NCBI GenBank assembly: GCA_054661495.1
Contig: BAAFSQ010000043.1
Location: forward strand, 1 to 32,000
Source: Zygophlyctis sp. KS116
Lineage: Eukaryota; Fungi; Chytridiomycota
Direction: 5' to 3'
DNA length: 32,000 nucleotides
Each line of letters opens with the position of its first letter. Position 1 is the first letter of the stretch. The notes below the pieces were generated by a model. It was given only the letters and a program-made list of their open reading frames with translations, was not told the origin of the DNA and ran no database searches. A program made the position numbers and the translations under genes. Below are positions 18,803-32,000 of the stretch, piece by piece.

Positions 18803-21800
18803 TTATTCATTTAATTGGCATAAAAGTGCCACGCCTCTGGAAATCCAATAATCTGATGGTTTATCTGAATGTAGATAAATCGGCACCACAAAATTAGTCG
18901 ATTGTCCGGTAGTGGAAAGTGTACCTGCACGAGCAGAAGTTTTATATAGTGGACATGTATACATCTTGTCTTTTCCGGAGATAGTTTGAGATGGAATAAA
19001 TCGGATCAGCGGCATATTCTTAAGATTAATACAATAAAACATACCGAGTACATTTCCATAGAATATGAATCTTGAATGCATTTCAACCCAATGTCCCATC
19101 TGGCTCCTTCCATAAATAGACCAGATATAATCACTCCATCTTCTTCAGAAATTTTGGAAATTCTCTCGTCCCCTTCATAGATATCAGTCACAATATAGGA
19201 AAAGGTAAGTGTATCGATAGGAAGTTTATACTTTCTGGAATGGTTTTGTAAAACCGCTGTTAAAAATCCTTGAGGAAAGAAAAATCCCGGCAGCCAAAAA
19301 CTAGGTGGTTGGCCATCTTGGGACCAGGAGCGGACGGCATCTACACGGCGCTGGAAATCTTTTATCCATGATGCTAGAGGTTTTAAGGATGGATATGCTG
19401 CATTAGCCCATGCTTGAGGAACCTATTTTTAAAATTTTTTAAGTTAGTTACTTCATTATTTAGCAGGCTTTTAAACACTAATTCTAGCTCTGAACTCATC
19501 ACAACAATTCCCTTGACTGCTTTCAAAAGATTCTCTAGGGATAATCTAATAATGCTATTTAATTTGTTAAATCTGGCAGCTTCTTGGAGCAAAACTGTGC
19601 TAAGCGAATTAAACATTCGGCCATTCGCATCTCTCTTAAATAGACTATCAGACCCTTTAGTTTTGCCACTGTTTTCAGGCAAAACATCTGGCACATCTAT
19701 AATGATCGGGAATGGCCATTCTGCCAAGATTTCAGTAGCAATAGTACTCACAATATCATCATTGGATTTTCCAGATCCAGAACTTGCTATACGAGGCTGA
19801 ACTTCTACAATTGCTCGTATAAGTCTACGGGTTTCCTGAAGTTGGAAACTTATGTTCGCATTTTCATGCATTCCAAAAACTGATGGTTCTTCAGTAAATG
19901 GCAGGTTATCAATATACTGTCGATAAGAATCCAAATTTGAATCTCCTATTGCATGATAAAGACCAGATGGAGAAAACATGTAGGAATCTTGCAATATGGC
20001 TGGAGTGTAAAATCGTGATAAAATTGATTGCAATGTTCGGCGATCCCAATCATCAGTCACTCGACCTCCAAAGGTAATCTCTCCGGTTAGATAACGTAAT
20101 GCATCCCATGGAATTTCTAAAAGGTCTTGAAGCATATTTTTAAGAATAGTGATTGAAACTTCCAAATCAGAGTTACTCCAGTCATATAAAATATTCCATC
20201 CTAATGGTCCAAACTTTTTGCGTTCATGGATAACTGCATTGAAGAAGCATACTCCAAATAATAGCTTTTTAAAGTTAGATCCCTGAGGCGGATGTTCATC
20301 AAATAATTCTTTTGGAATATCTGCAAAGCTTCGAGCTAAATTGGCCTTTAATCCTTTAGGTGGTTCATTTGTAAGTTTTACACCATCTTGCAAAATCGAT
20401 ATGGGGAAAACTTTGGATGGCATTGATGATAAAAATAGTCTGAAACTCGGATGAACATTTGATTCTGGAAGAGATAAGTCTTTGACGAGATTTTCAAGCC
20501 GGTTCATCCAAGATGCTAACTGTTAGAAAATATAAAAGTACCTGCTAAATGGCAATTTTGTAAAAACACCCATTCACCAGATGCCATAGCCTTGTTCATG
20601 AGTTCCTCTGCAATGGGCCCTTGGCCTTGACCTAAAGAAATCATTCGTAAGTGATCCTGCATTCCAACTTTGGGTGATGAGCTGAACTTCATTAATGAAG
20701 ATACTGGATCTGAGCCACTAGATAAGATAAAGATAAGCGGGGTAGAATTATTTGTGTCCTTGAAAGCTTTATGAAGATCAAGAGGGGGAATATCAATGTA
20801 TTCAGATCCAATGTTCTTTTTAATAAATTCAACAGAAGCAGCAACCAGTTTTTCTTCTCGTAAAACCTTTACTAAAAGAAGTTTTTGAAAGTGTGAAAGC
20901 TGAGATTTTGTGTCACCAGGGATGGGACAGCTGACAGGATCATCTGAATCTACAAATGCTTCCCAATCTGCTGAGTATGACGACATATGGTCGATAGCAT
21001 ATCCAAATTGAGGAATTGTTAGGCCAAGATCGCAGAAATTTTGCCACATTAGATTTGACAACCATCTTCCAGCAGGCTTTTGAGGAAGTTCTTTTCTAAT
21101 TAGACCACTTCCCCGGAGGAAGAAATTCCATTCATCTAGAGTAATCTTTTCTTGCTGTTTCAAAATTTCGATGCAAATCATAAATGAATATATAAGCTTA
21201 TGAGATTCAAATAAACCTCTAGATACATTTGAAAACGTTTCATAGGTGCAGTTTTTGCAAAGTGTATAAATTCTGGTCTGCAGGTCATCATTCTTTTCTG
21301 ATTCCTGTATGCAAGCGTTAAAAAGATTTTTGAAATATTTCAGAGAAAATTGATACATTGAATCAATTTCGGCAAGATCCGCGATGACAAAATATAATAG
21401 CGAGCCTCTGATTGCTACAGGGCGATATTTTTCACGAGCAAGATTGATTGCTATTTCGGTTTTTTCAGCTAAAGCAACTCTTTCATTAATTACTCCAGAA
21501 GTGACCTTTGACTGATTCAAAGTATTAATAAGTTCTTCATCATCTAAAATATTTCCTTGGGAATTAAATAACAATTTAAGTATTTTTTCTTCAATATCTT
21601 TTAGCTGCTTTTTATCGTTGGAGATATTCACAATTAGAGAATTCCTTTGCTCTTCTAATTCAGGGCGCTCTAATTTGACGACATCAGCCAAAAGCTGACC
21701 TTCTAAACCAACTTTCGTGACCGTGAAATTAATGATTGTAACCTTAATACAAACTTCAGGTAAATAATGAGGATTAGAAAGTTTAGTGGTAATATATAAT

Positions 21801-24800
21801 TTAAAGTTTTTGTCGTAGTCAACAAGCGTATCTCCAAGTTTCAGTAAAAGACGACCACCCTGCCGTATTGTTTGCTTAAGAAGTAAAGGCTCAATAGCAG
21901 GATCAAGCTGTTCACCTACGTCTTCCAGAAGAACAGCCTGCCCGGTGCGAACTGCATTTTCCAGAGAGCGTAAGAATTTTGGTTCGGTTAGTTTGATAAC
22001 TTTAAGGTTACTTCCTTCCATTGACCTTATCCAGCGGTTTGCCTGTCCTTGAGGGTCAATCATAAGCGGCCATCTTCTACTACGAGTGACTAAAATACCA
22101 TTTTCTGTAGAAAGAGAATCAGCTGGCAAGCCTTGAATATTCCAATCTCTTACGACAGCAGTATCCCCGAGGTTGTCAAATAATCTGAATTCAGGAGAGA
22201 CCGGTATACCTATTTTTTGGCACTTTTCGACCCATAATTTAGTCAAATCAGCTCTATATATTGAAGTAAATGCTCCATTGTAAGCAACACTGGCAGCACT
22301 TAAGAAAATATTACCCACTAAATCATCTATTTGAGTATTAAGTTTTTCAACAGACTGAGACCATCGCACTTGCTCATCTGCCAAAGCTAAAGTCAATTTA
22401 CTGGCACGAGCCATTCTCAAAGTTGTTTCCTCCATTTTCTCTGCTAGTATTTTTTTACCAGCGATAGACTCCTCGTAGTTGGATTTGAGATTTTCTAGCT
22501 GGTCTTGAACCTCTTTTAATGCAGCTGTCTTTTCGGCGAGTTTATTCATTGTTTCCTGAAGAGCCTGTTGCGCTTCTTCTAGTCTTTTCCGCTTTGGAGC
22601 GACCTCTCTAGAAACTCTAGAATAAAGCTCCATAGCCAAGACCCACATGCACATGCTTTTGCAGGCCTTTGATACTCTTTCAACAGTTTCAGCATTGAAT
22701 TGTGGATTTTCAGTATATTTTCTTAATTTCTTTTGTATTGCATCTGGAATGTTATCTTTGTCGTATTCTTGCATTTTCTTCATGAATTGAGAATCCGATA
22801 GAAGCTTTTTGCTGGATTCCCAGTCGGGCTTGACTTTGAACAATATACATATAGACTCCATTACTAACAAAACAAGATCAGGAGGTTTAGAAAACACTTT
22901 CAATTCCGCAATATCCTTCTTATCTAATGAGTCTAAAGCCTGGAAAGCTGCTTCAAGAGCAGGTAAAGCTTCGTCTAGATCTTTTTGGGCATCAGCAGCA
23001 ATGAGTTCAGTCTGCTGAGCTTTTTCTCGCACTAGAGTTTCCTCTTCAGAAACAACTTTTTTAACACCATCAGCAGTGACTTGGTCTTGACCAATTTTTA
23101 TCATTAGAGCTTCTGTGTCAATCGCCTTCTGTTTCAGTTCCGGACCCAACAACTCAAGCTCGATTTGCATTTTAGAAACCAGCTCGTTTGTTTCATACAG
23201 CTTAGAAAGACCATTCTTCAGCCTATCCCTGGCAGTTCCAAGTTCTTTTCTTTTTTCTTGAAGCATCAATGTATATAGATTGATCAATTCAAGATAAGAA
23301 GTAGGAGTGGTGTAATATCTTCGACGCAATTCAGCAAAGAACCGTTTGGCCATTTCCCCACTTGATTCATGAATTTCAACGCACATTTCTGCTATTTTTT
23401 CTTTGAGCTCATCATTCCCAACGTCGACATATTCCAAAAATCTGCGCGAAACTGACAGCAGCGCATCCTTAGGCCACTCATCGAACCAATCGATCGTACA
23501 GCAATTTACAAAGGAAGGAAACATACGGCATCTGTTTCTAAAGGTATCTCCTACGGGGCTTGTACCGAATACAATATGCAAATTATCTCTGACTCTACTT
23601 ATAAAAAACTGATACATGGAATCTCTGTCCTCGGGGAGTCCTTTTTCTCGAGCAGATGGTCTAAGTTCACCTAAAATTCTTTCTCTCTCATCAAATTCAA
23701 ACAAATTGGGAACTTCTCCAGAATTAAGAATACTGTTAATATCTTCCAAAAACTCTTCTGACTTAATTTGAGTATCAGCAAGTAAAAAAACGGTGTTCTT
23801 TCCTTCCAGTCCAGCGCTGCGATAGAGCCTTCTAATATCTTCTAGCCATTCCGCATGGCCATAAGTTCGTGTTAATTCAATTTGCATGCATTCATACTCC
23901 GACATATGACATGCAAGTCTAGTAAGAGATTGTTTACCGGTTCCTCCAACCCCAATAAGAAGTGCATTTCCCCTCGGCTGTCGTATGATACGAGAAATTC
24001 TAGAGATGTGTTGGATTGCATCCAAAAAGAATATTAATCGTATGTCCTTATTTAGAGATAAATTGTATTCTTCCAAATATTCCTCAAGAAGAACAGCCAG
24101 CGCTTTGGGATCCGGTAGCTCCGTGTAAATTCTTTCCTCTGCAGGAATGCCTCTTTTGGAGAAATCACCGAATATGGGAGGATTTTTATGCAGATTATCC
24201 AGAACTTGCTGAGCAGCAAAATTCTTTTCTGCGACATCCGCCAAAATTTTGTTGAAGTAACCGCGATCAGTATTGTCGATCAAACGATCATGAAAAATGC
24301 GAGATGATTCATGACAAAAAAGTTTCACCACATCGGCCTTCATTTGAATAGTTTGAGGTTTAACCTGCAACATACCTTGAATTACTTTCGACAAATCTCT
24401 AAGATTGAAAGTATAATGAGATTTTGCGGGAGTTGGAAGAAGTTCGGTGCACATCCTTCTATATATTTCTATGGATGAATTTACAATAGCATCACAGCAG
24501 CCTTTTACTTCACCATTAAAGTTTTTGAAAAACCCATCGACAATTGATTTGAATATTTTAAAAAGGGAAAGCTCTCCAGCAGCAGGTATGTTAAGAACAT
24601 TAAAATGACGGATTAATCGTGATGTAACATTATTTCTTCCTCCGCCAGGGGGTGCACAAGCAGCAACGATACCTACGTCTTTGATATCTTTCCATGTCAG
24701 CTTTTCACGGTCATAAAATCCTGAAAATCCGATATACTGTCTTAATAACTCTATAGGAGGTTGCGAGCCGTAGCGATCTAACTTTGGCATATTCAAATCA

Positions 24801-27800
24801 TCAACAAAGAGTAGAATTCTGTTAAATCCACTTGGGGCCCCGCTAATGTTTTTCCGTTTTTTTTCCAGGCGCAATTCAATCATTTCCTGGGTTTGCTTGC
24901 TATTTGTTTGGGCGGAAAAATTCAAATTTATCGGTAAATAGCCTTTTTGAGAACTAACTCGATTCAAATAATCCTGAATAATAACAGATTTCCCAACTCC
25001 TGATAAACCTGTGAATAACACAGGGAACCCGCCAGAAATCAGCTGATCCAGTAAATAGCCATATTTTACTGTTTCGACAGTTGGTACCATAATCTGAAAA
25101 TACGGAATTTCTGGGGAGTATTTGAATGTAGGAACAATAGATTCCCATGAGGAAAAACTTCGATATTTCATATCAATATAATAGGAAAATACTGAACCAT
25201 CATCCGGCATATTTATTTCCAGATTCTGATGCTGATCCAAGAGCTGACGGAGAAAAGTATCAAACTGGTCATGATACCCGTCTGCCAAATTCCCACCAAT
25301 CGACCATACATAGCTGAAAATAAATATGTTTCCGAAGAGACTTTTTAATTCTGCTAAAGGTAATTTGAAATCAATTTCTTTTGTTCGAACCACAAACGTT
25401 TGAATGAGTCTGCACAATCCACACACCAAATTAAAATCTACTGTTTTTACAAACTCTTTACAGCTTTTGCGAACAAATCGCAAGCCCGGATCCACCAGAG
25501 TATTAAAAAGTTCTTGCATCAAATCTCTAAGCTCAAGAGAAATATATTCTGGAAGCGACTTTAGCCATGATTTTACATATGCTCTCCATCCTAGAATCGC
25601 AGTGTCGATATAAACCATTCCACATCTACTAACTGTTGCGGGAGAGGCAACTGCTAAATCAGCAACTTCAAATAGCATATGCATTGTGGTATTCATCTTG
25701 ATGCGTTCTCCATTAATCAATGTCAAAAGCTTATTGTCATCAAGGACAGTATTCATGTTTTCAATCCACAAAGCATCAACAGGTCCGTCACAAACTGTCC
25801 ACTTTTCATCTAGCGACAAGTCAGCCACCTGTGCTCGAAAAACGGAGCCCATTAAACCGTCCTTCCATTCCATGGTCGCAAGATTATATTCTCCATACAA
25901 TTCCTGCATTGAAATGCACTATAAATAAAAATAAATCAACACACCTTGGGGTTAAGTACCCACGTCTTGACCTTTTGAAACTCGGCTGAGTAAGATTTTC
26001 CCTTAGAATTCAAATTCTCATAAGAATCTTTCAGAATTTCGTAACAAGTTGTTTTTCCACCACCTGTTGGACCAACAAGCATTACTCCATGACGAATCCT
26101 CATAGTTTCACTCAATTGACATACTCTGCTGACGAAAGAATCTACGATTTCCAGGTTTTTATCCTTCATAGATTGTTGAACAGCTGAAACCAATATACCA
26201 AAATCACGATCAGGAACATTTACACCCGGGAATAGATCTTGAATAATTCCCTTAAACAGGCCAATATCTTCAGCTAAAAACTTTGGTAGATTTGAGTCTC
26301 TCAGTGAACGAATCAGAACTACTTCCTCTACAAGTTCTGGATTTGACCTTTTCAGAGCACCGGCCATTATCAATACGGATTTAACGGCTCTCATTCCAAA
26401 ATCATAATGATCCTGCTGCGATAATTGTTCGGAGCAAAGCTTGTACAGGTTCACAACCTTACCAGACAAAACCTTGGCATTTTCAAATCCTTCAGAGAAA
26501 AGACTGATTTCTGCAATTAATCCGTAATCTAGAGATATCAAATAATATAGCTTACCCGGTATCATCATTGCTATTGGTCTAAAGAGTGCCTTGAGATTAT
26601 CCGGCAGCTCTGTTCTACCTGCATATCCTGGATTCATAGTGATAAATGCAGCACAAGTATCAATAAGACGAATTTCCCTTCCTTCAAAGATGAACCTAGC
26701 CGCCCTGACGTCTTTTGCATTTTTAATTGTGAGAAGCTGCTGAGCAATGACCGAGAGTACTTCGATATCAATGCGATTAAACTCATCAAAGCAGCACCAA
26801 GCCCCTGACTGAGCTAGACCAGCAAACATTTTCCCCATCATTTTGTAATCCATTCCATCCGAACAATTGAAAACAACACACTGACGGGCAACTGCCTTTG
26901 CGAGATCTTTTACAGTTTCTGTTTTGCCAGTACCGGCTGGGCCAACTGGAGAGCCTCCTAAATTTAGCTGGAGGGCTCCTGTCAGAGTTAAATAGCAGCG
27001 ATCAGTTAAGGGCGTGATAACAAGCCGAGCAGAGCAGCCTAAGTATTCACAGCCGTAATTGTAGGTTGAAGTTGCCATCCTAACGCTACAAATATCTGAT
27101 TCAGCGTCCCATACGTAACGCATCTGTTTTGTCCATTCAAAATCTGTTGGACTGGCCACTTTGGAATTGATTAAACCTTGAATTATATCACGATTATGCA
27201 CGTCTATTGTTATGAGGGCTCCAAGAATGGCCCGCTGAATTGTTGTTAATTCTCCTCTAACAAGCATGGCAAGCCCAGCAAGATTCTACAATTATTAATC
27301 ATTCAGATACCTGTACGCTTTTACTTTTTAAAGTATTGAGTGATTTGTTTGTATCCTGAGTTTTTAGACTTTCGTTAACATCTCGAGTCCAAAGAACTTG
27401 ATTGGCAGTTAGAACAACTTGTCCCAGATGTTCCTTGACCCAAGAGAGGCGCTTAAGGTCTTCAAAGTCTTGAAGCGCCATTTTTATATGCTTTCGAATT
27501 ACTGCAACCATCGCTTCTTCAACATTGCATAGCCATGACTCAACGTTTCCTCTGGCTTTAATAGTTTTAATAAATGGCACACGCTCCCCCTCCGGACTTA
27601 TCATCGCGACGATATCATTACTCTTCGTATCAGCCGATAAAAATTCTAGGTTTTTAATTGCATCAAAGCATTTTGATAAATGAGGCTGGACAGCTTGTGG
27701 ATTTTTAGTCTGAGATAAAATTTCAAGAAGTTCATCATTTGAAAGGAAATAAAATCTTGGAAATAACAATCGCTTGCTTTCCAGATAATCCTCGAGACAT

Positions 27801-30800
27801 TTTTGAATTTGGTCAAGAAGTACATTATTTTGATGTAACAATTCAAGAAGCCCAGGAGCAGTGCCTGCCTTTATTGCATTGGGGTTTCTCGCTACTTTTC
27901 GCATTGTATCTTTCCAGCTTCGATCGACCTGAGAAAACATTCTAGCCTCATCAGGTAGTTGTCGTTGTATATCTGGTGCAGAAAAGATGCTCTCAAGATA
28001 CAGCCAATTCCTTTGACAATTAAGCCAAGCATCAAGCGTTTCAGAAAACAGATTGACCTGCTTATCCCACCTTTCTACTTCTGATTTGATAGGGCCAATA
28101 AATCTTGATCCCTTGATTGTTGCAATTGTAACTAAACTATCTTCCAAAAGCGTTTGGACATCTTCTACACTCCCTAGAATGAATACATCTTTTGAGTCGC
28201 GGTATGAAACAATCACAAATTCGGTATCATTCCAAAGTTTAATAATACGGGTCAGCATTTCTTCTAGTGCTGCTTCAGATCCCGCCTGACCAGAAATTGA
28301 ATTAATTTCTTCTTTGAAATCAAATATTCGCATTTCAATCAATTTGCCTAAAGTAAAGCCTTCTTCTTTTGATATTGTTTTTCCAATTGTGTCTTGAATT
28401 TTATCCCAGTGACGACTTTTCAGCGCTGGGTTTCTCAAATCAACAATTGCCGTATACATGGATCTATATTCGTCAACCATACTCTTTAATCTGGGAACAA
28501 CATCGTTCGGCGGTAGTCCCTTGTCAAGAGAAAATGCAACTTTCATGAACGCATTAATTTGGTTGTTGATTTCTTCAGTGTTCAGACTCTCGAATGGTAA
28601 CATCTTCCAATTACTTGATGATTAAATATAAAAAAAAAATACTCCGTAATAGATTCCCAATTATGCAGGCTATTCCATAATGTACACTTCAGTTCGACTT
28701 CAGTTCTTGTTTCTTCCAATTCTTGTGGCGGTGAAGACATTTGAGCTTGTGCGGATTCTTCCTCTTTGGTAGGATCTGTTGACCCGCCGCTTTTGAACAA
28801 TCTACCCCAAGATTCATATTTCACTTTCATTTTCTCAGCATGATTTAATTGAGCTCGGATATCTTCTAAAAAAGTTGAGACATTTTCGAACTTAGAGTTC
28901 GGACTTAAAATCATGGGATCTTGCGCCTTGTTTCTGATTTCCAGAACTTCGGCCATTAATTCACCGATATTCTTTTCTAAATCAGAACTGAACTTTGCTA
29001 TTTTTTCCTCTTTAGTGTCAATAGCTAATTCAAGAGCATCTTTTAGTGAATGAAGTGTTGGACCTAGAGTTTGATATAATGCAAGATCTGTTGGAGGTAT
29101 CGCTATGTGATATTGATCAATTAAATTATATAGTCGGCTATTTTCACCATTAATATGATCCACCAAAAGCATGCTAGTTTGTACTATTGTTAAACATTAC
29201 TGAAATATCTTACTTTTTTCAAGCCATCCTAAATATTCCACAAATGCATCTACACTTGCTGGTTGGGAATTCAATAATAGAAGCCACGTTTGAACTTCAT
29301 TCAACAGCAAACCATTCTTTTCCCTCGCAACTTTCGGTAGCAGTTTTGATACATCGCTTAAACAACGTTCTGGAATTGGTAAGAGGACAGATTTCAATTG
29401 AGCCGAATCAACCAGCATATTATTAATCGTATAGAACACTGGAATAGATTCCATGGCATGTTTTTCCGTCGAGAATCTTTTTAAATAGTTTTCAAAGAAT
29501 TCAACTAACGGAGACATGCATTTTTCCTCGCCATCTTCATTAGTTGATATTATCACGGTCGATGCGATTTCAAGAACGCCTTTGGGGGCTGATATGTATT
29601 CCGGGTTCTGATCTAGACATAATTTATCTTGATTTTCTTTATACTCTTGAAGGATTACTCCAAGCCCCCGTTCAGCAGTAACTTCTGCTTTAGCTAGAAG
29701 AGAAGCGATTGGCCCCGCATGCATTTTTAAATTTTCAAGGACATCAAAGTTTTCTCCTTCAATCCACATTGAGCGAATTTTTTCCCATGATTTCATCCAA
29801 GTAAATGCGTTCGTAAACATTCCAACTAAAACTCCCCTAATTCTCCCGCAAATTTCACGGTAATATCCACCTTCTAATGCAATACTTCCCAGATGAGGCC
29901 CTTCAGTAGATGCCGCATCTTCCAATCCACGAGTAGAAGAATATGATCCGCCAGATAGATTAGCAGGATCTAAAAATGGAAAAGAATTCGCTAAAAGCGG
30001 ATAAGCTTCTAGAGTTTTGATATATCTCTTGAATAATACATCTACAGCTGCCAAGAAATCTGGCAAAGACGGTAAAAAATAGAATTCCTTGCTATCATTA
30101 GAATCTATCAAAAATTCGGTTCTAAACAGTGGCTTAAAGGGTGCTTGATCTTCAATAAGTAAATTTTGCTTCGAAGACCTTGCTTTGGAATTTAATGGAT
30201 ATTCTTCTTCACCGTCTTCGTCAAACTCCACTGTGTTTGTAATACTTTGTCGAATAATTCTGCTTAGTATCTGACTAAATCCATCGAATCCGCACTTAAT
30301 CAATTCATCAGTTCCAACTTCTCTACCGACCGATACACCTCCCACAAAAAGTTTTGTGTCATTGTTATATTCATTTTGCTCTGATGAATGCTGGGAAAAC
30401 TGCTTTTCCATACCAACTATTTCATTAATGTACAATCCAAGTCCAGCATCATCAATCGTAACGTCAGCATTGGTGCAGCCCTCAAAAACACTTTTGAGAA
30501 AGTCCCTAAGCGTCTCAATTACAAGCATATGTAGAGAGTTAACTATAAGATAATCAACAAGTTTGACAAAGCGCTGTAGGCGTCGACATTCCGATCTTCG
30601 AGTTGCCTGTTCAGTATATGATAATTTTTTAGGAGGTAGAGAAGTTTGCATATTTCCAGTGATCACGTTTGATTCAACAGGGAATCCCCGATCATTTAGA
30701 CATTTGATTCCGGCGATCTCTACAATTTCTCTTACACTATTCTCCCAATTTTTCATTGCTGTAACTGAAGTATATTCTAGACGTGCCTTTTGCTCAATTA

Positions 30801-31792
30801 CAAATTGATTTAAATCAACTGTTCTGCGCTCCTCCAATTTAAAAAAGCGCGAATCAGCAATCAATTGCATACAGCTGGATTGAATTTTGAAAAGAGCTGG
30901 TCTCAGAGTATCATGATTGAAAAATGATGAATTTTCCAAGTTTTTCTTTGCAAGTTTGATTTTAGACCTTAGAATCACCTTTTTCCAATAAAACAAGGAT
31001 TTCCAGGTTCGATATTTTGCAAAAAATGGAATTTTAAGTAAGCTATGAAATATTTCATGCTCTCTCACCCATTGAGATACTGGAGTCAAGGTTCCATGAC
31101 CGTGCACATCAAAATGAGTCATCCCCTACAAGATTAGACCATGAAATACTTACCGCTTTACTTAGTGTATAATAACCTTCGGGAGAATTTAGATCCAAAT
31201 CAGAATAATCTACAATTTCTAAATTGTATGGATTAAATGTTGGTTGTCCAAATTTAATCACAATTTTTACTGGTCTTAGATAGACAAATTCATTAGTGTC
31301 CCTTCCATTAATCGATTCAATAAATGAAAATGGTGATTTTGAATCATGTTTTTTTGTAGTAAGATCCTGTGAATGATAAACTTCCAGTTCGTGAATCGAT
31401 CCACCTTTTTCGATTGGTGGAATAACAGGCAACTTCATAGCAGGAACTTTTAGTATATATGATAATGCATCATTCTGGTCTTGATTTTTCCCGGTTTCTT
31501 GAATTACATTGCTCTTAAATATTTGGGCCTTTAGAGTTTTTGGTAATGGGCGCGTACTTTGGGCGCCTGATGGAGAATCATTGATTGGATCAAGTTTTAA
31601 ATTAAAACCAGGCTTTGGCATTGACTGTGTAATCAGCCTTTTTCCTAAATTATTTGCTTTTACATCGCCAGTAGTATCTGTCATCATATATCGCATTGTT
31701 GACATTCGTCTGCGGTCTCCAGAGTCCATTAAGAAGGACATTCGACTGTTATCCTTTCTATGTGGACTCTTTGGAGATTTGTCCTTTTCCAT
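18803..31792 (-). CDS. DNAH6: Axonemal inner-arm dynein heavy chain, DNAH6-like, about 4247 aa
   Basis: P-loops [35 protein letters not shown]; [19 protein letters not shown]; C-terminal [36 protein letters not shown]-terminal FVYL..FNPYNL..YYTLS..WVRE..F..IPFF fits the DNAH6 class. Introns 31153-31126, 29213-29184, 28642-28614, 27310-27286, 26555-26529, 25944-25919, 20541-20516, 19451-19423, 19044-19019; spliced length 12744 nt is a multiple of 3. Confidence 0.9.
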
Positions 31793-32000
31793 TTTGGCAA
31801 TTTTAAGAATGACGTAGTGGCCGGCGGAAATTTACATCTAATGGCATGATTACATGTAAAGTATGTCGATATCATTATTCAAAAATTGGATAATTATTCA
31901 GACTAACAGCCTAAGTTTTTTTTATATTATTATTACACATCTGGCATCATCTTCAAAGATTGGTTAAGAAAAACGAGTAAATGATTCCTTTCAACTGCAT

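Noticed and set aside
1708-31792. Fragmented ORFs as pseudogenes, frameshifting or an alternative genetic code
   Set aside because: Every break coincides with a GT..AG segment whose removal restores frame and conserved motifs; spliced lengths are multiples of 3.
19414-31817. Short ORFs within the dynein and other large genes (e.g. 19414..19800, 13641..14021, 1536..1982)
   Set aside because: Antisense or alternative-frame shadows of strong CDSs with no independent features.

Overview
AT-rich, extremely compact eukaryotic nuclear DNA, most likely from a zoosporic (chytrid-like) fungus. This is inferred from fungal-type housekeeping proteins together with flagellar genes (radial spoke head, inner-arm dynein) and a complex I subunit. 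I can reconstruct 16 protein genes: a secreted S/T/K-repeat protein, eIF3b, RSPH4/6, an mtRF-R-like GGQ factor, Sgf73, a 75-aa protein missed by the ORF track, Ras, fibrillarin, SerRS, PI31, NDUFA13, a mitochondrial phosphate carrier, two coiled-coil proteins, ALG13 and a DNAH6-like dynein. There is also a tRNA-Lys(UUU) and an intronic box C/D snoRNA. The ORF track is fragmented because of tiny GT-AG introns: 38 of the 40 introns I reconstructed by hand are about 21-31 nt. The only two long introns both contain structured RNA: a C/D snoRNA in eIF3b, and a Y-shaped fold in fibrillarin that hides nested cryptic mini-introns and a stop-containing micro-exon (candidate autoregulatory splicing switch). 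Other notable points are 42-59 bp bidirectional promoters, a recurrent TACGTCATTC promoter motif, a 160-nt antisense CDS overlap and a recent exon+intron tandem duplication. All gene calls rest on motif recognition by eye; no database searches were run.
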